From the NCBI GenBank assembly GCA_965205015.1, contig OZ242029.1:1120001-1184000 (forward strand): a DNA stretch of 64,000 nucleotides, read 5' to 3'. The notes below the pieces were generated by a model. It was given only the letters and a program-made list of their open reading frames with translations. It had not been told where the DNA came from and ran no database searches. The DNA is from Candidatus Poribacteria bacterium (GTDB lineage Bacteria > Poribacteria > WGA-4E > WGA-3G). Positions 1-9,742 of this stretch are shown here, piece after piece (within the stretch, counting starts at the first letter, position 1; every line of letters starts with the position of its first letter). Position numbers and translations under genes: made by a program.

Positions 1-7
1 TCTCTAC

Positions 8-1402
8 GTGCTCGGTTTGCAAGTATTCCGAGGTAGATTTTTGACGGCTCTTATCTGCGTGCTGATTGCCTCTGGAACGGAGTTTTGGGTATCTGCAAGG
101 CACAGCCTCGGTTTAATCAGTTTTGCCCTTGTAGCGAGCTCCCTTACGCACTTCCAAAGGACCCGCCCGAACAAGGTCCCTTCATTTGTATGGAAATTGC
201 TCCTCGCTGGACTCTCCACAAGTTTGGCGTTCTGGTATAGCACTGAGATCGGACTCTACACGCTGGGTGCCATCGGATTGTTCTTGGTGATATATGTGTT
301 TCAAGGCGGCTTTAGAACCGAGGGTGGAAACAGGCGAAGCCAACAGGAAAAAAATAGGAGAGAATACCTATTACCCCTAATCAGTTATAGTTGCGGGGTG
401 CTGTTCGGTTTTTTCTCAGTAGGCATCTATTTTCTATGGCACGGTGCCTTGGATGATGTCATCTGGAATTCCTATATCCAGTGTCGCTATCAACTCGCAA
501 CGTGGGGACTCGCCTTTCCATCTCTATCGGAAACACTTACCCTACTGCCGACAGCGGGTTGGCATGCTTTCATCTTCAGCGAAGGATTTCGATGGTATCT
601 GCCGGTTTGTATCTTTCTGATTGTCGCGGCGTACCTAACATATCGGTGCCTATGTGGCACTGCATCAGAACCGAACGCGATGAAGCTCCTACTTCTATTG
701 CTCGGTGGTATCGCATTCTTCCGAACCGCATTGGGACGTTCAGATGGTGGTCATCTGATTTACGGTGCGACTTTTTTATGGCTGCTCTGTCTGTTTCCAT
801 TAGAGAGCGGAATTTTCAGAATGTTCCGGACGGCTCTATCGTTTTTAAGGGGCAACGGACGTTGGCAGTCCGCAGTGAAGGCGGCATGGGTGCTGATCCC
901 GACAGCAATATTCTGTTGGTATGTTGGGGAAGCGCATCAGCCGCTGGCAGGTTTTCGTGAGAAATGGCAAAGGTTGCGCCAGAATCCATTCAAACAACGC
1001 GTCGTAACGCAGGAATTAGCGCGTGCAGGAAAGGTGGACATCCCGGACGATCAGGTTGAACAGGTTCAAAAGGTGGTTGCTTATATTCGGGAAAACACAG
1101 CAGAGAATGAAAAGATTTTCGATTTCACGAGTCAGGGGGCTTACTACTTCTTCGCAAACCGACTGAGTGTCACCCGATTCCATCAAGTTTCGTATGCCTC
1201 GACACCGGAGATGCAGCAAGAAGTCATCGGCGCTCTTGAACGAGACAAAACGCGCTTAGTGATTTTTAAAACGGGCGGATGGTTCGATGCCGTCGACGAT
1301 ATCCCTGTCGAGGAACGGCATCCGTTGATCGCAGCATACCTGCAGGAGAACTATGCGCTGGCGGTGAACATTAACGAAACGGAGATTTTACTGCGGAAAT
1401 GA
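8..1402 (+). CDS. Polytopic membrane protein with soluble C-terminal domain (possibly GT-C fold glycosyltransferase-like); 5' end probably outside the window
   Basis: 464-aa ORF from the window edge, many hydrophobic helices, then a soluble C-terminal domain. Confidence 0.6.
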   Translation: MLGLQVFRGRFLTALICVLIASGTEFWVSARHSLGLISFALVASSLTHFQRTRPNKVPSFVWKLLLAGLSTSLAFWYSTEIGLYTLGAIGLFLVIYVFQGGFRTEGGNRRSQQEKNRREYLLPLISYSCGVLFGFFSVGIYFLWHGALDDVIWNSYIQCRYQLATWGLAFPSLSETLTLLPTAGWHAFIFSEGFRWYLPVCIFLIVAAYLTYRCLCGTASEPNAMKLLLLLLGGIAFFRTALGRSDGGHLIYGATFLWLLCLFPLESGIFRMFRTALSFLRGNGRWQSAVKAAWVLIPTAIFCWYVGEAHQPLAGFREKWQRLRQNPFKQRVVTQELARAGKVDIPDDQVEQVQKVVAYIRENTAENEKIFDFTSQGAYYFFANRLSVTRFHQVSYASTPEMQQEVIGALERDKTRLVIFKTGGWFDAVDDIPVEERHPLIAAYLQENYALAVNINETEILLRK

Positions 1403-1463
1403 TCCCATTCACAGGGTCCCGTTCAACCCAACCTACGCGCTACACTCCGACACCCGACAACCA

Positions 1464-2525
1464 TTATTGCTGTTCAACAAAGATCCTGTAGATATCCTCA
1501 AAGAGTCTGACATCGGTGAGGGTATCCTCAGCTGAAGAGCGGAACGGTTCATCGTTGCGGAGGTTCGCTACAAAGTATTCGGCTTCCCTGTGATACGCCC
1601 AGGTCCAACTCGGTCTCGGAATCGGACGGGTGATTTCCTGTTCCTCCCCGGCACGATAGACCTCGACCTCTGCAGGCGTGTTTTTCAAAAGCAACGGCGG
1701 TGCCCACGTGTGAACCCAGCCGTTCTCAAAATAGATTTGGCTATGCTCATCCCAGCGATAATGCGAGACATGTCCGGTCTCTAACGTCACACGGATGCCG
1801 TCCATATCAAAGATAACAATCCCAGAGTATCCATTCGCGTCCAAATCAACAACTTTGACGCTCACTTTGTCGCCAGCATCAAGAAACCAGCGCATCAGAT
1901 TGATATTGTGCGTGTACTGTTGAAGGTATCCTAAATAAGAACCTCGGTACTGCTCGGGTATCCATTCTGGGGTTTTGACGGGTGCGCTCGGCTTTGCTTC
2001 TGTTGTTCCATCCATGTGGGTATCAAGATTACACACCCAATCCCCACCGAAGCCGTGATTTCTTGCATACGTCAAGCGTCCGAGTTCGCCTGTTTCTCGG
2101 AATTGCGCAACTTTTGTCTTGACGATCTCGTTTCCGGCATCGTACCGTTTCATGTAGCCGACCATCAACTTTTTGCCGGACTTTTGTGAGGCTGCTACAA
2201 TCGCCTCGGCTTGTTCGACAGAAACGGCCATCGGTTTCTCCATAAAAACGTGCTTACCTGATAGAAGGAGATCCCTCGCGATTTCACCTTGCAATGCGAA
2301 ATCAGCGGATACCGCGACGGCTTCAATATCGGCGTTTTGTGCGAGCGCCTCGTGGTCCCGGTAGAGGTGGGGAATCCCGAAACGGCTTTGGACTTTCTTA
2401 CCGAGTTCAGTGCGGACCTCGGCGAGTCCGATGAGTTCACAGTCTGCGATGCTCGTAAAGTTTGGAATGTGGACCTTTTGTGCCATGAACCCACAGCCGA
2501 TATAACCGAGTCGAATCTTTTCCAT
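1464..2525 (-). CDS. Gfo/Idh/MocA family oxidoreductase
   Basis: GYIGCGFMA Rossmann motif, HVFMEKP, VGYMKRYD. Confidence 0.9.
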   Translation of the reverse strand: MEKIRLGYIGCGFMAQKVHIPNFTSIADCELIGLAEVRTELGKKVQSRFGIPHLYRDHEALAQNADIEAVAVSADFALQGEIARDLLLSGKHVFMEKPMAVSVEQAEAIVAASQKSGKKLMVGYMKRYDAGNEIVKTKVAQFRETGELGRLTYARNHGFGGDWVCNLDTHMDGTTEAKPSAPVKTPEWIPEQYRGSYLGYLQQYTHNINLMRWFLDAGDKVSVKVVDLDANGYSGIVIFDMDGIRVTLETGHVSHYRWDEHSQIYFENGWVHTWAPPLLLKNTPAEVEVYRAGEEQEITRPIPRPSWTWAYHREAEYFVANLRNDEPFRSSAEDTLTDVRLFEDIYRIFVEQQ

Positions 2526-2713
2526 GTTTTTAATTTTCCTTGCGGTTCAGTGAAGCGGGTTTGGACATTAACGTGCCTCCCCATAGAGTTGAAGAAACAT
2601 TTTCTTCGCATTGGATTTCAGCGTTTGCAAAAACCCTTCCACTTCTTTTCGTAAATGCCCAAGCAAAACACTTGGTTTTCTGGATTAGTGTGACAATTGA
2701 TCCCTAACCACCC

Positions 2714-3151
2714 TTAAGACAGGCGCGATTCTATCTGTTCAACGGCGGTTTTAGCCCCTTCCCGCACGAGTGCGGAGGCATCGTCTCGGGCGAGTTGCTT
2801 CAATTTTCCGAGGCTGAGGCTCGCTTCCAGTTTACCGAGGGCGACTGCGACGAAGTAGCGGACATCGGCATCCTCGTCATCCAATGCTTCTAAGAGTGCG
2901 TTTGCATCCGTTAGCGTGGCGAGGTGTCGATCGCCATCGCCGATATTAATCAACGCTTGCGCGGCGAGCCGCCGCGAATGGATGTCTCCGTGAAGGAGAG
3001 AGGAGAGCAACTCGTCGTTACCTTTGGGAATGACACTGAGGTTATCCCAGTCACAATCCAAACAGAACCATGAATTACCATCCAATCGCCGGAGATTCGC
3101 ATTTCCACACGAGGGGCATGCCCCAAATTCCTGTTGCTGACTCATATCCAT
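2714..3151 (-). CDS. Zn-ribbon plus HEAT-repeat protein
   Basis: CPSC...CLDC at N-terminus; LLEALDDEDADVRYFVAVALGKL HEAT/PBS-lyase repeats. Confidence 0.75.
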   Translation of the reverse strand: MDMSQQQEFGACPSCGNANLRRLDGNSWFCLDCDWDNLSVIPKGNDELLSSLLHGDIHSRRLAAQALINIGDGDRHLATLTDANALLEALDDEDADVRYFVAVALGKLEASLSLGKLKQLARDDASALVREGAKTAVEQIESRLS

Positions 3152-3196
3152 TGTCCTTGGTTACGGCACACAATGTGTGCTCACTACATTTCCAGT

Positions 3197-3598
3197 TCAC
3201 ACATTTTCAGGCGTCACAGTTTCCTCGACCATCGGGTTCCCTTCCAGTTCTGGGAGTTCGCGCCAGATTTCAGGACCCTCTGGCTTGAAATTAATGGTCG
3301 CAATGAACTGCATTCCGTGATAGAAGTTGATTTTGAATTTACCACCGCCGAAATTTTTCCTGAGATATTCCAATGGTGCCTCAATCAACGGACCCATTTC
3401 GTCTGCATGATAGAAAGCGAGCGGTTTAAACCGCACTGTATTGCCCACCGGTTCTTGGACGAGTAACTGTGCCGACGTCGCGGGAAAAAGCACTTGAAAG
3501 GCTTGCCAAAGGTCGGAAACAGTAGGCTCTAACTTCCCGATGCGTTTTTTAAAGTCGTTCTCAAGATATTCTGAGAAGGTGTTGAAAACCCAGTCCAT
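3197..3598 (-). CDS. Hypothetical protein
   Basis: 133-aa ORF co-oriented with neighbours; no recognised motif. Confidence 0.65.
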   Translation of the reverse strand: MDWVFNTFSEYLENDFKKRIGKLEPTVSDLWQAFQVLFPATSAQLLVQEPVGNTVRFKPLAFYHADEMGPLIEAPLEYLRKNFGGGKFKINFYHGMQFIATINFKPEGPEIWRELPELEGNPMVEETVTPENV

Positions 3599-3691
3599 GA
3601 TTTAACCATCCGACAACTATTACAGCGGTGCCTTTAAGAAGTCCTTCCAATCAAAATTGGGCAGAGGAAACTCCTCTGTGGCTTCGCATTG

Positions 3692-4105
3692 TCAAAATGT
3701 CGCCGCTTTCTCGAAAAATTCAATATCCACACGTTCAACGCCGGCTTGCCGTGCATTCTCAGCGACGCGCTGGACAACCATCTCACGGACAAACGGAATC
3801 GGTATCCGCTTGACCCGATGCTCGACTTCCTCTGTACAAGGCATCGTGGTGTTGTCGAGGAAAGGACCATCTTGAAGGGCAACTTCAGCAGGATGGTCGC
3901 AGGTCTCTGGCACGAGTTGTTGTAGTCGCATTGAGACGTAATTCGTCACCCACTGCTTAAACTCTTCCGTTTTCTCGGTATCAACAGTACTAACCTCGGA
4001 ACGCTGTTCCAACTTTTCGTTGATACTAACGAGTAGGCTCTCCAGACGTGTCAAGCGTTCTTCTACATTCGTAAGCCGTTCGTGTGCATTTGTTTGTTTA
4101 TTCAT
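3692..4105 (-). CDS. Coiled-coil protein with C-terminal PCP_red-like (BchB C-terminal-like) domain
   Basis: N-terminal heptads; CTEEVEHRVKRIPIPFVREMVVQRVAENARQAG fits the W(T)xEAExRLxRIPxFVR pattern; AGGAG RBS. Confidence 0.7.
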   Translation of the reverse strand: MNKQTNAHERLTNVEERLTRLESLLVSINEKLEQRSEVSTVDTEKTEEFKQWVTNYVSMRLQQLVPETCDHPAEVALQDGPFLDNTTMPCTEEVEHRVKRIPIPFVREMVVQRVAENARQAGVERVDIEFFEKAATF

Positions 4106-4115
4106 GTTCTTCTCC

Positions 4116-4835
4116 TTAAATTACCCAATACTTCCAGAGGTCTTCCGGAATTTCGTATTTAATCTCCTCCCGTTTTTCATGGGAGTAGCGTGCGAAAATC
4201 CCAAAACGGGGAACGTCTCTTATATTCGCTGACCCGGTATGGCACAGGAACGCATGCCACAACACAACATCACCCGCAGCCCCGATAAACTCACAAGGTC
4301 CCTCCGGCGATAAATCCGAGAGTACATGCCACCCCCAATCCTCAATATCGTAGAAACTGCCATCAATCTGTTCCGGATATTGCAGGAAGTACTTGTGGGT
4401 TGAATAGTGGCTCTGGGGCCAAAAGACGAAGGCACCACCGCCGGGTTCGACATCATAGAGGTAGGTTGTTGCCCCCAGCATAAAAGGACTCCAGCCACCG
4501 GGACCGTAGGCGTCAATGTGTCCGCTACCGGGCATCGACCATTCCTCTTCAGGGTTAGGCCACTTGACGAGCGGTGAACCACCACCGCCTGTAAATTGCC
4601 CACCCCCCAGTTGCTCGGTAATCTCCTGCATCACAGGCAATTGTCCGAACAGTGGCGAAAAACTGAAGTTCTGCACCACGTAATCGTTGGGCCATGTCTC
4701 GGGTGCTTCCAAGCTGGAATTAAAATGGTTCCATACCTGGGTCCGCCATCCGTCAATTATCTCAGGATCGATTAAATTCTTAAGGATAAGGTATCCATGC
4801 TCCTGAAAAAATGCGATCTGTTCTGTTGTAAGCAT
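4116..4835 (-). CDS. Phytanoyl-CoA dioxygenase (PhyH) family Fe/2OG enzyme, copy 2
   Basis: MLTTEQIAFFQEHGYL start (ATG 4835 with GAGG RBS), HID ligand motif, distal LCH, R in DVPRF. Confidence 0.88.
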   Translation of the reverse strand: MLTTEQIAFFQEHGYLILKNLIDPEIIDGWRTQVWNHFNSSLEAPETWPNDYVVQNFSFSPLFGQLPVMQEITEQLGGGQFTGGGGSPLVKWPNPEEEWSMPGSGHIDAYGPGGWSPFMLGATTYLYDVEPGGGAFVFWPQSHYSTHKYFLQYPEQIDGSFYDIEDWGWHVLSDLSPEGPCEFIGAAGDVVLWHAFLCHTGSANIRDVPRFGIFARYSHEKREEIKYEIPEDLWKYWVI

Positions 4836-4881
4836 CTCGGTTTCCTCTATCAGCAAACGGCTGATAACTGACAACCATTTC

Positions 4882-5607
4882 TTAAATTGCCCAATATTTC
4901 CAGAGATCCTCTGGAATCTCGTATTTAATCTCTTCCCGTTTTTCATGCGCATAACGAGCAAAGAGACCAAAACGGGGAACATCCCTCACATTTGCCGACC
5001 CGGTGTGGCAGAGAAAGGCGTGCCACAGCACAACATCCCCCGCAGCACCAATAAATTCGCGGGGTCCCTCCGGCGATAAATCCGAGAGCACGCGCCAATC
5101 CCACCCCTCAATATCGTAGAAACTGCCGTCAATCTGCTCCGGATATTGGCGGAAGTATTTGTGTGTCGACTGATGGCTTCGGGGCCAAAAGATGAAAGCA
5201 CCGCCTTTGGGTTCAGCATCATAGAGATAGGTGGTTGCCCCCAACATAAACGGACTCCAGCCCGCGACAGCCCCATAGGCATCAATGTGCCCGTCATTGG
5301 GCAGTGCCCACTCCTCTTCAGGATTGGGCCATTTGATGATCGGTGAGCCGCCACCGCCTGTAAAAAACTGTCCGCCACCGAGCTGCTCGGCAATCTCTTC
5401 CATCACAGGCAGATGCCCAAATAACGGCGAGAAGGTGAAGCCCGGAATCTCATAGTCGTTGGGCCACGTCTCCGGTGTTTCTAAACTGGAATTAAAATGC
5501 TCCCATACCTGGGTCCGCCATCCGTCAACCACTTCAGGGTCGATTAAATTCTTAAGGATAAGGTATCCATATTCCTGAAAAAATGCGATCTGTTTTGTTG
5601 TCAGCAT
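4882..5607 (-). CDS. PhyH family Fe/2OG enzyme, copy 1 (tandem paralog)
   Basis: MLTTKQIAFFQEYGYL, GHID, LCH; visibly very similar to 4116-4835. Confidence 0.88.
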   Translation of the reverse strand: MLTTKQIAFFQEYGYLILKNLIDPEVVDGWRTQVWEHFNSSLETPETWPNDYEIPGFTFSPLFGHLPVMEEIAEQLGGGQFFTGGGGSPIIKWPNPEEEWALPNDGHIDAYGAVAGWSPFMLGATTYLYDAEPKGGAFIFWPRSHQSTHKYFRQYPEQIDGSFYDIEGWDWRVLSDLSPEGPREFIGAAGDVVLWHAFLCHTGSANVRDVPRFGLFARYAHEKREEIKYEIPEDLWKYWAI

Positions 5608-5640
5608 ACGACTCTCCTTCTCTCTATAACACCAAAAACG

Positions 5641-5728
5641 AAGCCCGTAAGCAAAGCGGAGGGCGGATTTGAGAAAGGCACTTCAAAGTTCAAACGCACG
5701 GCGTTTAACCGTAAGGAAAAATTAAAAA
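5641..5728 (+). repeat. Dispersed intergenic element (AGCCCGTAA head ... CCG(C/T)AAGGWAAAATTAAAA tail)
   Basis: Same head and/or tail at 2527-2612(-), 15685-15704, 19826-19932, 23866-23937, 26472-26561(-), 26585-26610(-), 28867-28976, 59361-59383(-). Confidence 0.75.
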
Positions 5729-7029
5729 CGTTTCGGTCTGAAGGATGGGATACCGGTTTTATCAAATCGTTTCTTGACGGCTTGCATCAGTTCAGGGGTA
5801 ACCTCGCGATGCCCGTGTTCGCGTGCGTATTTCTCAACACTTTTGACGACCATCCCCCGCGCAAACGACGGCACACGCTTCAACCTTTTTTCTGCCGCCG
5901 GCGTCCACCGTAAATCGTAATCGGTTTCCGTTGCGAAAGCAATCTTTTTTTCTATTTGAACAGGCGGTGCACCATATTGACCGGGCTGATACTCACATGA
6001 GCCATCTTCGGCGAGATAGTTGCCAGTCGTGGCGTATGCACGCGCCCTGCAACCCCCGCAGACCTCTCTGAATTCACACGCACCACATTTCCCCTCAAGC
6101 AAATCCCGATTCCGCAACTCCTGGAAGGTCCCCGATTCGTTCCAGAGTTTAACGAAACTCTCCTCTTTGAGGTTCCCGACACTCACAGGTAGATAGGGAC
6201 AGGGGGTCAGCTCGCCTTCAGGCGTGATACGACAGTAGTAAATTCCGCACGGACAGGTGCCACTGGGATACCCCTGAAGGAACGCAGAATCGGATTGTTG
6301 TTCATAAATGACGCGTTTGTAATGCGGTGCACACTTCGCGGCGATGAGCATTTTTCCAGCATACGCCGCCTGTAACTCGAAAAACGTTTCAAACGCCTTT
6401 TCGTATTGCGCAGGTGTAATGTCCATCACCGTCTTACCCCTCCCGGTTCGGACGAGGAAGTAGAGATTTAGCACCTTCGCGCCGAGTTGATACGCGTACT
6501 CCACAATCTCTGGAATTTCATCGTAATTCCACTGCGTTACGGAGGTCTGAACGAGGAAGTCGAGTTGTGCGCGTTTGAGTGCTTCTACACCGTTCATCGT
6601 CGCTTTCCACGCGCCCTCCATCCCACGAAACCGGTCGTGGTTTGTCGGCTGGATAGAGTCAAGACTAATGCCTGCCCCGGTAACACCGTGCTGCTGCATC
6701 TTCTCGACGACTTCATCGTTTAACAACACCCCATTTGTACCCATGACAACAAGAAACCCGGTATCGGAGGCATACTTCGATATCTCCAAGATATCCGGGC
6801 GTAATAGGGGTTCACCACCGGTGAGAATCAGGAGGATGTGTGGGTTGATTTCGGCTATCTCATCAATGACGCGAAAACATTGCGCTTGGCTCAACTCCGT
6901 ATCCTTGTGATAACCGTGTGGGAACTCATTTGTGTCAACAAATCCGGCGGGAAGATAGCAGTGTGTGCACTTTAGATTACACAATCGGGTGATATTCCAT
7001 GAAACCGCCTGAACTTTTGTGTCTGTCAT
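5722..7029 (-). CDS. Radical SAM/SPASM protein of AhbD/NirJ type with C-terminal PCP_red-like domain
   Basis: CNLKCTHC (CX3CX2C), TGGEP, CAPHY, SPASM GKCGACEFREVCGGCRARA; C-terminal WTPAAEKRLKRVPSFARGMVVKSVEKYA. Confidence 0.85.
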   Translation of the reverse strand: MTDTKVQAVSWNITRLCNLKCTHCYLPAGFVDTNEFPHGYHKDTELSQAQCFRVIDEIAEINPHILLILTGGEPLLRPDILEISKYASDTGFLVVMGTNGVLLNDEVVEKMQQHGVTGAGISLDSIQPTNHDRFRGMEGAWKATMNGVEALKRAQLDFLVQTSVTQWNYDEIPEIVEYAYQLGAKVLNLYFLVRTGRGKTVMDITPAQYEKAFETFFELQAAYAGKMLIAAKCAPHYKRVIYEQQSDSAFLQGYPSGTCPCGIYYCRITPEGELTPCPYLPVSVGNLKEESFVKLWNESGTFQELRNRDLLEGKCGACEFREVCGGCRARAYATTGNYLAEDGSCEYQPGQYGAPPVQIEKKIAFATETDYDLRWTPAAEKRLKRVPSFARGMVVKSVEKYAREHGHREVTPELMQAVKKRFDKTGIPSFRPKRF

Positions 7030-7045
7030 GTTTTTAGATTTGAAA

Positions 7046-7528
7046 TCAGTTTTTTAACAGCAATGTGAGCGCGAAGACAATTAATCCCGTTACCAGCATC
7101 AAACCGCTCCACACATTGATATACGGGCTTGGGTCATGATATATTTTGTCATTAGGAGGGGTAGCCTCAAGGTGTCGTCGGTAGAGCGAACTATATAAAC
7201 TCCAAAAGAGGACCATTACGCCGAACGCCGCAAGTTTTGCGACAAACGTTAACATATAAGTTCTGAAATTACCGTCACCACTCCCCGTGAAAAAGCCGTT
7301 ATTCCATGCAACAATAAAGAATACCATCGCGCCTGTCGTCAGTAGCACATGAATCATCAATCGGATCAAGACCCGAAAACGATTGTGAATTGCCAACAAG
7401 TTTTGCGGTGGTAAGTTGCGTTGTAGAATTGGCATCGCGACGAAAGTAGAAAAAATAATACCCCCGAACCAGACAATCGCCGCTAACAGGTGGACACCTC
7501 GAATGATAAGCTCTACGCTCTCCCGCAT
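7046..7528 (-). CDS. CopD/DUF4149-like four-TM membrane protein
   Basis: VHLLAAIVWFGG motif, four hydrophobic helices. Confidence 0.6.
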   Translation of the reverse strand: MRESVELIIRGVHLLAAIVWFGGIIFSTFVAMPILQRNLPPQNLLAIHNRFRVLIRLMIHVLLTTGAMVFFIVAWNNGFFTGSGDGNFRTYMLTFVAKLAAFGVMVLFWSLYSSLYRRHLEATPPNDKIYHDPSPYINVWSGLMLVTGLIVFALTLLLKN

Positions 7529-7556
7529 TCTTTTCCAGAATCCCTATTTTTGATAA

Positions 7557-7585
7557 ATGATACCACATTTTACGTCCAAAGTCAA
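7557..7585 (-). promoter_or_regulatory. Sigma70-type promoter for the membrane protein/radical SAM genes
   Basis: TTGACT-17 nt-TATCAT on minus strand. Confidence 0.55.
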
Positions 7586-7668
7586 ATTTGTCTTTGCTCT
7601 ACACATTTGATTCAAGATCGTAAAAAACTGTGAACGACGCGGTGTTTCATACAGGTCAAGACGACGCA

Positions 7669-8538
7669 TCACGGTTTTAAATTAACGAAAATCAGTGCAA
7701 TCATTGCAAGCAGCGCACCGATGAGCGGGATTCGACCTAACCGCTCCCGGAGGAATACCATACCAACGAACATCGTGAACAGCACTCCCCCCGAACTCGA
7801 CATCGGAAAAGCAATCAACGCACTCACCTTATCCAGCGCGATGAGCAACGCCCAACTGCCAGCGACATTACAGACGCCTATGAGCGTGCCGTAGAAGACT
7901 TCCCACCAATTCGGCCACGTTTTCTGATAGAGGCATATCCCGAGATAAATCAGTGTAGCGACGCCGAACAGCAGACTCATATAGAGCGATTTCTCGTCAA
8001 TAGGACACATCTCATTGAAGGCTTTCATGGTGAGTCGCGAGATACCGGTGATAAGCAGAATCGTAAGCGCAACAGCGAACCCCAAACCTTGCGGCATTTC
8101 CGGTCTGTCAGGCGTAAATTTGTAGGTTGGCTCTTTTTCTCGCTGGCTGAGGAGCGGAATCGCCACGAAAGTTAAGAGAAGTCCTACGGCTTGCCAGAGA
8201 TTGGGAATCTCCTTCCAGAACAGCATCGACACCAAAATCGGAACCACAATCGAGAGTCTAACGAGCGCTGCTGTGACGACAATCCCGCTGAGCCGGATCC
8301 CAAGTGTAAATAACTCAAACCCGGCGGCATACGTCACACCGTTTGATATACCTAAGGCGAAAGTTAACTTTGAGAACTCGAAATCCTGCTCCTGTGACAG
8401 GACCCAGACGCTGATAAAGAAAGCAACGAGGTAGTTAACAAAACCGATCGGATTTAAGCGTTGTTGATTATCCTTGGCATGCTTGAGAAAGAGCCCAAAA
8501 CCGGAAAGTAGGACGATGTTGAGTACGAGGAAGAGCAT
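7669..8538 (-). CDS. DMT/EamA family transporter
   Basis: Two 5-TM halves; LFWKE and FLRERL motifs; start taken as ATG 8538. Confidence 0.8.
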   Translation of the reverse strand: MLFLVLNIVLLSGFGLFLKHAKDNQQRLNPIGFVNYLVAFFISVWVLSQEQDFEFSKLTFALGISNGVTYAAGFELFTLGIRLSGIVVTAALVRLSIVVPILVSMLFWKEIPNLWQAVGLLLTFVAIPLLSQREKEPTYKFTPDRPEMPQGLGFAVALTILLITGISRLTMKAFNEMCPIDEKSLYMSLLFGVATLIYLGICLYQKTWPNWWEVFYGTLIGVCNVAGSWALLIALDKVSALIAFPMSSSGGVLFTMFVGMVFLRERLGRIPLIGALLAMIALIFVNLKP

Positions 8539-8547
8539 AGGCTTTAA

Positions 8548-8632
8548 AGATTGAAAGGTTGGAAGGTTGGAAGATTGGAAGGCGAAGTCTCCTTTCCATC
8601 CTTCCTCCCTTCCTGTCAAACCCTTCCATCCA
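8548..8632. repeat. Short TTGGAAGG-type tandem repeats with inverted CCTTCCAT counterparts
   Basis: gaaaggttggaaggttggaagattggaagg ... ctttccatccttcctcccttcc ... ccttccatcc. Confidence 0.55.
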
Positions 8633-8639
8633 AGTCCGT

Positions 8640-9617
8640 CTATTCCTCCATCGGTAAAGCAACTTTGGTTCCCTCTTTCGCGGATTGATAGGTTGCCAAA
8701 ACGACTTCTACGGCGTGTTTCCCACCCCGACCGTCAATCATCGGGGTTCTGTCCTCTCGGACACAGTCGACAAAATGGGTTAACTCGCCGACGACCCCGT
8801 GGGGTCCATCTCGATCAGGCACGATTTCTTGCCACTCCCCACCTCGCTTTTTAAGATAGGCGAGATCGGCTGCCATATCCAAGCGAAGCGAGCCTTCGGA
8901 GCCGTCAATAATGGTTTCGTTGGTGCCGCGTGCACCGAGGAATCCGCCCCATCGCAGAATCCCCACCGCGCCGGAATCGTACCGGATGAGGGAGACGGTG
9001 TAATCTTCCCAATCGTCATGTCCAGAAAAACTGCCGACTTCAGCGGCGACGGTGAGTGCAGTGCCACCGAACCAATTAATCAGATCGGATTTGTGGATGC
9101 CGTTTTCCAGAAGTCCACCGACAGTGCCGTACCAACTCTCAGGACGATTGCGCGGGGCATTATAGGGACCCGTGTAATCCGTCTCAATGTAGGTAATGTC
9201 TCCGATATCGCCGGCATCGACCATCTGTCTCCCGAGTTCGTGGACCGGATAGAAGCGTAATACCTGTCCTACCATCAGGTGGGTTCCCGCCTTATCCGAT
9301 GCCTCGATCATCGTGTCCGCATCTGCGAGGGTCAATGAGAGCGGTTTTTCACAGAAAGCATGCACGCCCGCCGCAGCGGCATCAACGACGACCTGCGTGT
9401 GCGCGACAGGTGGTGTCGCAACCACGACAGCGTCCACAACATCAAATAATTCCTGATAGTCTTGGAAGGCGCGAATTTGATGCCGTTGGGCGACGGCTTC
9501 TGCCGCGTCCAAGCGGAGATCTGCTATACCTACAAATTCACAATTTTCAACATTCGGGAGCGAGTTGCAATGGGCATTTCCCATGCCACCGACTCCGACT
9601 ACACCTATGCGAACCAT
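8640..9617 (-). CDS. Gfo/Idh/MocA family oxidoreductase
   Basis: GVVGVGGMG, FCEKP, GGLLENGIHKSD. Confidence 0.9.
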   Translation of the reverse strand: MVRIGVVGVGGMGNAHCNSLPNVENCEFVGIADLRLDAAEAVAQRHQIRAFQDYQELFDVVDAVVVATPPVAHTQVVVDAAAAGVHAFCEKPLSLTLADADTMIEASDKAGTHLMVGQVLRFYPVHELGRQMVDAGDIGDITYIETDYTGPYNAPRNRPESWYGTVGGLLENGIHKSDLINWFGGTALTVAAEVGSFSGHDDWEDYTVSLIRYDSGAVGILRWGGFLGARGTNETIIDGSEGSLRLDMAADLAYLKKRGGEWQEIVPDRDGPHGVVGELTHFVDCVREDRTPMIDGRGGKHAVEVVLATYQSAKEGTKVALPMEE

Positions 9618-9670
9618 TTTGAACCTCCTCTATTCAAATACTTGTAAGAAAGGTTTTCAATCTTGAATCT

Positions 9671-9742
9671 TTGTGGGAGGGGTTTCCAACCCCGATACCA
9701 CCATCTTAGCTTTTTGTGGGAGGGGTTTCCAACCCCGATACC
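9671..9742 (+). repeat. Two direct copies of REP TTGTGGGAGGGGTTTCCAACCCCGATACC
   Basis: Copies at 9671 and 9714; GTGG head plus GGGG...CCCC hairpin. Confidence 0.85.

Noticed and set aside
3692-4105. Photosynthesis (bchB) gene
   Set aside because: Only the small C-terminal-like domain is present; no nitrogenase-fold domain or other bch genes
4836-4982. N-terminal extension of the second PhyH ORF
   Set aside because: Overlaps the upstream paralog out of frame; paralog alignment and RBS point to ATG 4835
5722-7029. RiPP maturase interpretation of the rSAM/SPASM gene
   Set aside because: No RRE/PqqD domain or credible precursor peptide nearby; motifs fit AhbD/NirJ better
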